Shown here: positions 53,731 to 64,000 of the stretch, one piece after another | Position numbering within the stretch: the stretch's first letter is position 1 | Layout of the letters: every line of letters begins with the position of its first letter | From: Glaucostegus cemiculus | Taxonomy: Eukaryota | NCBI GenBank assembly: GCA_976551045.1 | Contig: CDPCPM010000016.1 | Span: 8,556,001 to 8,620,000, forward strand | Length of the DNA stretch: 64,000 nucleotides | Direction: 5' to 3' | Translations under genes and position numbers: made by a program | The notes under the pieces: model-generated | The model's database searches: none | What the model saw: only the letters and a program-made list of their open reading frames with translations | Told to the model about the DNA's origin: nothing

Positions 53731-54229
53731 GATCTTTCTTTCCCCTTTCCCATCACTGCTTAGGTGCCTTTCTCCTTTCAAAACCCTATAAACTGAAACC
53801 TGGTGGGACAGTGCTGTGGGCACAGAAGGAAACGTAAGAAGATGATGAGATTGATCTAAAGCCATCTCTCAATTTCACACTGTCATATGCTCAGATACTG
53901 ATGCTGCCCATAATAGCACATTTGTAATAGCAAAAGACGATACTAGCTTTGAATGGCCTGCAGTCAGAGCAGGGTGGGATCCAGCTCCTTGGATGCTAAG
54001 GCTGTACATGTTCTGCCCCAGAGTTGTCAGATGAACATTTCAATGGTTATACACAATGAAATGCATTATGTACAGGTAAAGTTCCATAACATCTGCACAC
54101 AAGGTAAAGGAGCATGATGCTTTTCACAGGGCTTGGAGCCTATATTTCCAATGTGAAAATTGTGGGAATTCCTTTGGTACCCTTGTGGACCCTATTTGCT
54201 GTTGCGCTGATGTTTCAACTTCCATTGCA

Positions 54230-55500
54230 ACACACACACAGAAACCACCCAACCTCTGAGTGCTGTAGTGGAAGCACAGACTTCTGTTATGGATGCTAGA
54301 TCACCAAGGCCAAGAGCTACTCAAGACCATCTCCAAGGCCACCTGCAGCTTTCCCCTTTGAAAGCCAGCAGCCCTCCATCAGCCACCCTGCTGACGCTGG
54401 GGCAACACTACGTAGGATCACTGAGTAAAGGCACACAGTAAAGGCACAAGAAAGGAATGCACAAAGGTGAAAAGCTGACTTTTTTATCCAAAAATGCAAT
54501 GATTTTTCTTATATATCTGGTTTTCAATATTTTTTTTGTGTTGGCTTTTACTTTTACATTGTGTCAATGTAGCTGATGTGGTGGCCAGCAACAAAGGGCA
54601 GACAAGTTGAGGAATGGGAATTGGGATTGTGTTTACTTGTATCATTGTCCGACATGGTTGGCGGACAGCTTGATAAGAAAGGGAAAGCTGATTGGCTACA
54701 AAACTGGTGGCTATAGCTGTGCCTATGAAGTTATGCTTCCCACAGCAGAAAATCATGAACCTTGACTTCTCTGAGTCAAACACTCCTGAGCTCCACCACT
54801 GAAGTCTCAGCTATGGACCCATTTTTCCCCTCTGTTCCAGTGTTCAGCTCTATTAAACTATGTGCTGGTGTGGCTTTCATTGTATCTTTGCTGGGTACAC
54901 CAGAGTTACAAGTCATGCCGTCAGCAGATGACTCTTGTCACCCAAAAGCCACTTTGGTTGCCAGTTTACTCCAAATGCAGGTGCCATTGTAGTCTGCACA
55001 GATACTGAGCATCGATACACAAAATGTGGCCACACACCAGCTAGTCACTGAAGGAGTGGAATTCCTTTCAGCTATGGTACATTTCAGAATTGATATATGG
55101 TGCTGATAAACAATAAGCTTGCAGTGTGTGGCATCCCACATTGTCGGGAGTCCAGCAATCCTTGCAAAACTGCATGCGCTCTGTATTTCCTCACACTGTC
55201 AAGAGTGACAGATATATAGTCCATTTTCTTTCAATCTGAGTTCTCAAGATATCAGTGGAAGGCAAGTTGCCTGTATCATCAATTCCTCCATGAGGAGTCC
55301 AATGAATAAGGGTTCACAGCCACAAGCCTCTTGTGAATTCATGGCAATGTGGTTCTCTTCTTGCTCTGATATTGCAATCATGGCTGAGGCAGGTAGCAGA
55401 TTTCAGTAAGGATATTCTTACTGAAGCACTGACACATTCTTCCAGCAACTGCTCTCTGAACACCCTGGGCAGACATGGCCTCCTGTTCATAACTCTTCTT
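54230..55500 (-). pseudogene. Second Harbinger-like transposase relic
   Basis: Minus strand gives SFARIAGLPTMWDATHC (cf. F..IAGFP.V.GAIDCTH) and KEFHSFSD*LVCGH (cf. KGFHS.NVQLVCD). The extension below 54900 is weak. Confidence 0.6.
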
Positions 55501-57092
55501 CTGTCCTACTCTGCCTTTTCCCAGCAGTTTGTTTTTCTCTCTATGTCCTGTCGTTTTCCCATCAGGCTGTATTTCATGGGGATGATTACTAATGGATCTG
55601 TGTCCCAGAACAACTAAGTTGTATAGAGTTCTTCAAACTAGAACAAAGTCCTTCAGCATCCGACACATTATTCCCTGTAGCCTTCAGTGACTTTGAAGAA
55701 CTTTAGAAAGGACCAGATCAATGCAGAGTCTTGAAACCACAAGAAAAAAATCAATCACCATTAGAATGAAAGTAACAGGTGATCCCTATTAATAGCACTT
55801 TCACATGTGTGTTGGGATAGGGCTTGGTGAAAAGGGAGTTCCTTGATCATTTGTGCAGCAGCTCAGGTTAAAAAAAAGCTTTAACTGGAACACTGAACTC
55901 TAAAATGCCAGTGCTGGCATAGTCAACATTGCACCATTTGGCTATTCTGTACATATCAGGTGGGTCCAGCTGTGCATTTTATCAATATGGTGTCAATACG
56001 GTGAACCAGATATTATGTTAAAAGCCAAATGGCACTTACAGCATGCTTCAGAACTGAATTTTGTACTCTTTGGATCTGAGTATTAATCTGGCTACATGGC
56101 TTACTATGACTCATAGCACATCCTGTTCAAGCACCACCATTTCATGCCAGCATGCTCATACAGATCTGGTTGGCTTTTAAACCAAAATGGTGCAAGTCTG
56201 CAATGTGCTTTCAGTATCATGAACAGACTTTTACCTTCAGTTTTAGTTCCTGGTATGAACTATGCTCTGCACAATAAAAACACAGGCTGAGGATGATCCT
56301 GATCTCTGGCCTAAGTACCTTTAAACTTGAATCGATTAATTTGCAATGAGGTAACAGTCACCTGCCACGCATAGATTATCAAAATTGGAATTATTTCAAT
56401 TCACTTTAAAGTTTCTTGAGCCAATTACTTGAGAATGGAGGCATCTAATCACCAAGCCAGACAATGCAGTAAATTGAAGAAACAGTTTTAAATTATCATT
56501 TATCTCAAATCTTTCTCTCCCATGAGAGTCTTGATAATGTCTGAGCTCCAAACCAAATTTGAAATTCAAACAAGTCCAATTTAGAACAATTGGATTATCT
56601 TTGCTTTGGATCTGAAGAATCCAAATAACTTGTATGGTGTCCATCTTTTTTCAAGATCATTTAATTTGAATTATCAGTTAAATATTTTATCAAACCACAA
56701 AATGCAAGCAGTGTTGTTAATTAGCTCAGTTTGATTTAGTGGATACCGTATCTCCTTTAAGTTTGTAAATGAACTTCAGATGAACAGTAACAGACTATAC
56801 ATGTTGCTACTTCAGCACTAATCTCTGAAATTTCCTCCTTAAAGATCTCTTTAACCCCTAATATCATTGCCCAAGCTTTTGGGTCACCTGGCATAATATA
56901 TAGCTCAATGTCAAATGTTGCTTTAGAAGAAAGCATTAAAAGAATATTGAAGCTGCAACCTGCATCAGATATTTAAATTATATTTGAAAATACTTGTAAA
57001 ACCAAATCTATTTTTTTAGTAAATACTGATCTGCATAAAATTTACTTCCAGATACAGATGCATGGAATCAATATTCGAAAGTATTCACGTAC

Positions 57093-57238
57093 ATGTTTGC
57101 GAGTAACATTTCGAACATCTCCCACATACATGATCTTCCCCTGGTGTCGGACCATACCCACTGTGATGGAATCATCACAGACTTCGGATGCAATGTAGCG
57201 TTCCACTTGGATCCCCAGATCCCTTAGAACTAGCAGCC
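57093..57238 (-). CDS. DNMT3A: DNMT3A coding exon (human exon 17 equivalent)
   Basis: Minus-strand translation (G)[48 protein letters not shown]; acceptor tttgcAG, donor GTacgt; 146 nt. Absent from the ORF track. Confidence 0.97.
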
Positions 57239-59099
57239 CTGCAAATAGATAAATATAGTTTAACCTGAAAAGAATAAAAAAGGTTCAGCCTGTTTTTTAA
57301 CACATTTTTCAGTGATAAATGATGCAAAGGTCATGCTAACTGCCACCGGCAAGTCTTGATAAATGCACACTTTGCCGAAAACGGTTTTGGCTCAGTCATC
57401 AATTTTTACAGAGTATAGCCTTCATTTATTTTTTTAACAACTGAAGTATTAAATTGAAAAAAAATTTCACCAATATAATTTTTAATTCACTTTAACAACC
57501 CTGATTAGACATCTGCCTTATGCAGAAGTCAAATCTCTGCTGCCTGTCAACAAACTTAAAACAATAAATAAACAACATTAATTAAAGAATTGCATTAAAA
57601 ACTATCAATAAAATCTCTATTCTCAACCCCAAACTTATATGTCTGTGAAACAGATATGAATGATTTAATTGATTTTAACATTTTCTGATGCTTGAGTTGT
57701 TAATTGAATGTGGATGATATACACTTTATGCAGCAGAGATTTGTACCATCAGAATTGTTTCCGTGGAAATTATGGAAATTGAGCAACAATGGGGATCAGC
57801 TCCTCTTGTCAAGATAGTCACTATTCACATATCAATCTTAAGGTTAAGAGGATCTAGCGTGATTCCAATTATGTAGTTATACAAAGCTTTTCAGTTATAG
57901 TTAAGGCTGGTTTGTGCAATAACAACCTAAAATTATTGATAAAACAACCTTATAGAACCATTTTGAGTGAACATTCTTTGGCAATTTTTCCATAATGTTT
58001 CACTAGAATTAAAAATACTCAACAAAAGTTGGACAAAAATTAACTTAAATCACAGCTCTAACAGGTACTCTTTGGCTACATGAAGTTCCAATTTTCAGAT
58101 GACTTTGTAGCACAATTTGTTTTATTTATCCACAAACATAAGGTTTTCACAAGTTTAGTACTTAATGCCAATCTCTTATTAGGCTTGAGAAAGTGCTGGT
58201 TTGTTGCCTTCTTGAACTGCTGCAGTTTCTTGAAGGGTTCCCAGTGTGCTGTTAGATCAGGAGTTCTAGCAACTGGACCCAGGAACAGAGTACCATTTGA
58301 TTACCAATTGTTGAGATAGTTATCTTCACATCACCTTAAATATGTGCCAAATGCTTGATTAATTATTTCAACAATACTAGGACAGCTTGTAACATTGTGA
58401 GCAAGTTTCTTGACTGTTATTGTTTTTAATAATTCATTTGGTATTCCAGAATTTGGAAGTCAGAGGATCAATGGCTTGCTTACAATACAAAGACCATTTG
58501 ATCTCTCTTGCAAGTCCACTATTAATTGTCTTCATCCTACATAAATCCATGAGCATCTGCCACATTGTTTCATGGAATCAGGAATGCTTTGCCAAAGAGA
58601 ATAGTTGAAACATGCTATTGATTTTTTTTCTCAAGGAAAAGTATTGAAAGAGAACTGGGCAGCTGGAACATCTTGGAGTCCTCAAGAAGAGAACTGCCAC
58701 ACAGCCACAATGGCCAAATGAGCCTTTGGTCTGCTGTAGATGCTATGTTTCCAAAGAGAATGTTTTTTTTTTATTTTCTGGTGAATAATATGAAGAAAAA
58801 TCAGCAAATAATGCAAAATAAAATCAGAAAATAGATTATTATTCTGGAAATATCTCATGTTGAACATACATATTTAAGTATTTACATATTGTCAGCGCAG
58901 AACTAATGGAATATGCAAAGGGACAAACAGAAGAATCCTGTAAATGTCCAGGAAATCACAGTCAAAGTCAAGTTTATTGTGATATGAACAAGTACATACA
59001 TGTATGCACAGATGCAATGAAAAAATGTAAGTATAAGGAAAACTTTAAACGTATTTCTAAAGCAAATCCTGTTGTGTAGTTCATAGCGAATTTAAGGTT

Positions 59100-60860
59100 G
59101 TTGGTGCAACATAGGTGGCTACAGTAACATTGGTTGTACACTTCAAGAAGCTGAAAATGAAGGCAATCTCTGTTATTTGCTAAATTGATCACCAGAAATA
59201 ATCTAAAGTCAGATCCAGACAAAATGAAGGCAGTGAAACACTGCTGAGCATGGTGGGTATTACAGGAGTGCAACCCATCCTGGGGTTTGTCAAGTATTGG
59301 AGTAAGATCCTGCCCCATCATATGGAGCTGCACAGATAATCTACCCAGAAGGATGTGGAACTGTGTTCATCAGTGAGCAATCAACTGAGTTAGGGAGACA
59401 AATCACAGCAGAACCTGTTTTGCAATATTTCAGTGTTTACAAAATAAAGCACCTGACAAATCATTGGTCTGAGGAAAATGAGTAACGATCTTGTAGGATG
59501 GTCAGCAATAATAAGCAGAGCTCTGAAGGACATGAAGACATACTAAACCTAATTAGAGAACAAGCTATTTGCCATGATCATTGGTCTGCAGATGTTTCAC
59601 CATTACTCACTCAGGAGAATTCTATATGTCCATAGTGATCACTTGGAAATTTTCTATTTAGCATTTCCATAGAGCATTAAAAAGGCTACAGAGGATGTCG
59701 GTGTACAATGTACAGGGTCGCTACTGTTTGGTCAAGGGTGGGTATGTAAATGATATGCTTTGCTATCTCAGGGGCACAGGATGTTGAGGTTTCTGAGTTT
59801 GAGACAATCAACGTGGCAAGACATATTCTAAAGTCTTAGCCATTAACGGTGGAGTTTGAAAAGGCTTTGACAAGATGATAAAATGTTGTGTCTGAAGTGA
59901 GCCATTCCAACAGGAAAGGAAGAGACATGGTGTTTAAATGAGCATGTTTTCACACCATACTTCTATGAGAGATAAGTTAGGCATTCAAGGTGACCTAACG
60001 TTTAGAGGTGAATCTGCTCCCAAACTACAAAGGTATGATGTGATCACAGGCATTCCCTCCTCTCTGGAAAGGGGTGACTGTATCCACAGGAAGTATCAGC
60101 TGGTCAGGGCTAATTCAAGTCAGATTTGTTTCACCTGGAAAGTGAAATGTACCTGGTGACAATGGGTCATTTTACAAATTTCTGGAAAGTAGACTTTTTT
60201 GACAAAACCCAGTCATGACAGTCATTTGCAAGCTCAAAGGGCTCTGTGAGATACAGCATGCTTTAGGTGCTGATCATAGATAATGGGTCATAATTCACAG
60301 CAGACAAGTTTGTGACTTCCTCAAAGAGCTGGCAAATTAATCACCGACAACATCATCTCACTTTCAACAGAGAAAGAGAAAGGCAGAGAAAACTGAAGGT
60401 GGCCAGGAGTTGCAAAATGATTGCAGTCAGATGCCTGGTTATAAAATGTCGAGTATTCCTATGAACAAATGAACTAGAACTTCAGTCCTTGCTAAGGAAG
60501 GCTGCTAGAACCAACAGTCCAAAATAAAGAATAAGATGACAACTGAAGCTGGCCAGAAGTCAGAAACATGGCTACTGCAGAAGAGCTAAAGACCTGTTGC
60601 CACTAAGATATGAAAACAGAGTGAAGATGAAACTTAACTCAAATCAATACCAGCTATACTAGAAGGCAATGAAGATGTCACATTCCAAGCCCCTGATAAA
60701 GCCATGGTCATCACTGAGAATATCTCATATCAGAGAAACAGATATCACGTCAGGAAGACCACCCAAGGGAGCCTGCTTGACAAAAGCAGATGTGGAGATA
60801 CAACAGGGTGCACCAGTGACCCCATACAGCCGGAGAACTGTCACCATCTAGGGCTAGTTC
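59100..60860 (+). mobile_element. Decayed Gypsy/Ty3 pol relic (RNase H then integrase)
   Basis: FHHY...VHSDH (RNase H); MRDKLGIQGDLTFRG; DLFHLESEMYLVTMGHF, VICKLK, LIIDNGS*F and KAEK (integrase core); RAKDLLPL and YQRNRYHV C-terminal motifs. Confidence 0.75.
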
Positions 60861-62667
60861 CACCAGACCAAATATCTGCAATGTTATACTCTGTTTTTGA
60901 TGAAAGATGGATTTCTATTTGTCAACTCTTCTTGTTTTTATTTTGCAGTTTCCTTCTATTATTTCCTCATCCTTCACTCACTGGGGAAGGTTTTAATGGT
61001 TTTAACAATGTGGGGTGGGGTGGGGTGAAGGGGGACCAATGGGGGACCAGGTTCTTTTTCAAAGCCTCATTGACAAAATGCATTCTTCAATACAAGTGTC
61101 TGATGCAATTGCCAGCTCTGGGCAAGCACAAGATCAGAAGGCTTAAAGGGTGACCTGCTCAGGGCATCCCAGGTCCTCCTGGCCTATAACACATCACATA
61201 ATATACATCTCCTCTGGTGCAATGCCAGCTTTTATTATTGAGTTTCCATGATGGACATTTAACCAAATACAAGTTAAACTATAATAGAGGCTGTGTACAC
61301 GCTATCCGAGCACAATTTGCATTAATTGGTGAGGCTCCTGCTTCATCTAGATGTCCAGTGTTGGCAACTGGAAAATGATAGAGGAATGGGAATGGGACAA
61401 TGGCTTTTATTGTTTTAACTCAGCAACTATGCTGTTAAAGTCTTCCATATCCTCACCTCTACTGGTTCCTTCCACACCATCACTATTTTGACTTTTTATC
61501 TTCTATATCTTCCTTTCGTTGTGTCTTTCTTTCTTTGACTTCTCTCTCCACCTATCAGCGAGGCTTGGCTGGGTGACTATCATAGCCAGAGTTTCCAGGC
61601 TTCAGGCAGAGCAGGTATTTTATGCTGTAGGTGTGATTTGAGGTCGGAGCAGTCAGCCTGAGGGATTGGAGTTTGGGGTGATGGAACACTTAGAAAAGAT
61701 ATCTGGCCTGAGCCTTCAACCTGTAGTTAGGGAAGTGTATAAACCTTGCAAGATTGCATTTCTAGACATTTGAGTATAAAAGTTCTGATCATAAGGTATT
61801 CAAGTTTCCTGACAGAAGGGTAATGCTAATCCATTAGAGTAGCTAAGGTTTGATTGAATGTATTTCAAGGAGCCATTTTCAATTCTACAGTATTTCAAAG
61901 AGTGCTATGTTTTAGTCAGATGTTGAAAGAATATATAAACTTTGCCATTAGTTCTCCTTTGGGTTTCTTGAATTTGAGGTGTGCAGGTGAGCTTCTTGAA
62001 CACATGAAATGGCTTCTAGGATTTGTAATATTTTCCATCAGAATGGCAAAGCACCTCATATTCAAATGACATCGCTTAATTCCTTTGACAATTTTATCTT
62101 CTCTCCTGAGGGGTGTCACTTAGGCTAAGGATCCATGCTATTCACCTTGCGATACTTCCCCAAGCAGCTATTATTCATGCATGTGCCAACACTCAGGTCT
62201 AATCTTGCTTCAGCCACAGTGCATACATAAACATTCAAAGTAGAGGTTTGCTGAATAATGTTCAAGAGAGGGATCTCTTGGGCATGTTTTCTCACTCCAA
62301 TATAGTGTTCTTAATCACTGCCAGTGGTGAGATCAATTAAGTGAGATTAACTGGTGATTACCTGGTGACTTTTCCTAATTTGTATGGGTGGGACACCAAC
62401 TGACCAAACATTTTAAAGCATTGGTGCAGAGCACTTTTGATCTTTTTGAGTTCAGGAAATCATACATGTTTAAAAATCATGGCAGGAAACTTGTTTCTTG
62501 CAAATCACGGAATTCAATCAATTATTGAACTGTGCTGCTCAACTGGTTTCTTCCAGCTATTGTTTATGCGATTAGGATACTCATGAATTTAGGCAGAACA
62601 CAATGCTTACTCATTCAATTAGAGTTAAAATCTGTAACCTGATTTTCTAAGTGGATTACTTTGCATC

Positions 62668-62668
62668 A

Positions 62669-62703
<35 letters not shown>

Positions 62704-62704
62704 A
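62668..62704. repeat. (ATAA)n microsatellite
   Basis: About 9 perfect units. Confidence 0.95.
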
Positions 62705-64000
62705 ATGATATATATTTTCATTACACACGCACGCACGCACACACACACATCTACTTACTTTGTGTCTAAAGCTATAAATTGCTATAATTACCTGGGTTTA
62801 AAAAAAATGAGATCAATGCTATTTCGGCACGCTCCTTGGGAGTTACTTCCAGTGTATTGTTTTGTATCAATCCCGATTTGGGGAATAAATAGTCAATAGA
62901 TATCTGCATAAATTTATACATTATATGAAGCAATGAAGAATGATTTGCTGGAGTAGTTCTGAAGCAGCTCAAAGAGTTCCCATAAAATTCTCAGAAGAGA
63001 ATCTGAAATAACTTTCAACAGTATTTCCTGGACAAAAAATAACTAGCTGGGAGATAGTGAGCTGGACATTTTTTGTATCCTATCTTGTAGGACGAGTCCT
63101 CAAATTTTGATAGTGGATACTCCTGAGAAACACCTTGCATAGTTGTACAAATAACACTCAATGAATAGTCTGATGTATGACAGGAAAGGGAAAACTCCTT
63201 GATTCAAAATAAGACCTAGTTATATTATACTAAGTGCTGTCAGGGGTCGGTCTGTGGATGCATTGTTGTTTCTGATTCAGGAGACTATTAGTTTAAGCCC
63301 TATTCCAGAGTCTTAAACAAGTAGTACTGAGGAATTGCTCCACAGTTCGACTGTAAGCCTGCAATGAACAATGGATCATGCAGCTTTTTAAACCTATACT
63401 GCCATTCATTTCGATGACGGTTAATCTGTAACATATGTCTATTCACGTTGCCTGAGCTCATATTCCATTATAACTTAGTCCAAAAAAAGTCTATTATCCT
63501 CAAATATAAAATGAATAACTGAGTGTACATTGTTTTTTTGTGGTAGACAATTCCATATTTCTAAACTCTACATGACAAACTGTTTCCTAACTGAAGCTGA
63601 ACACTCTGGCTCTGACTTTAAGAAAATGTCCCCATGTCCTTCATATGCCTAAAAGTGGAGGCATTTCATCTCTATTGTGTTTGATAATTCTAAACTCATG
63701 CAAACCTTAAATCACACCTTAATTTCCTTATTTCGAGAAATATAAACTTAGTTAAATAATCACTCTTTATATTCAAGCCCTTGGCGTTCTAATATAACAT
63801 TACAGCAAATCTACACTGCACTCCTTCCGAAGCCAATCTATCCAGTTAGAGTAATTAAATGCTTAATACAAACTGCAATTAATCATGAGGTTAAAAAAAA
63901 TGCAACTAAGCAGCATTTTAATCACACTGTTAAACAATGATGGAATATTTTGATAGTTTTACAGTGTGGGAGACAAACAGGGCCTCATCAAAATGGTTTG

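Noticed and set aside
57239-64000. DNMT3A exon 16 (IRVLSLFDGIAT)
   Set aside because: I found no matching sequence on the minus strand; it presumably lies beyond the window.

Overview
Eukaryotic, AT-rich, CpG-poor vertebrate DNA. The repeat families (CR1/HER1-like LINEs, V-SINEs, Deu-type SINEs, Rex/Babar) suggest a cartilaginous fish, probably a ray; this is an inference. The only host gene I can support is the 3' part of DNMT3A (de novo DNA methyltransferase 3A) on the minus strand. It has seven coding exons, equivalent to human exons 17-23 (146, 91, 149, 86, 70, 119 and 142 nt including the stop), all with canonical AG/GT boundaries and compatible phases. They encode most of the catalytic domain, span about 50 kb, and are followed by a 3' UTR of about 4 kb with no recognisable TE. 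Upstream exons lie beyond base 64000. The introns hold many mostly decayed transposons: CR1, Rex/Babar, L2, Penelope-like, SINEs, a 736-bp solo LTR with intact TSDs, two Harbinger transposase relics and a Gypsy pol relic. There is also a 1.3-kb strand-skewed degenerate minisatellite. The strongest non-coding signal is a cluster of six miR-29 seed sites in the 3' UTR. I found no convincing new protein-coding system. Apart from two ORFs that contain real exons, the ORF track is TE fragments or noise. TE family calls come from motif recognition by eye, and their boundaries are approximate.
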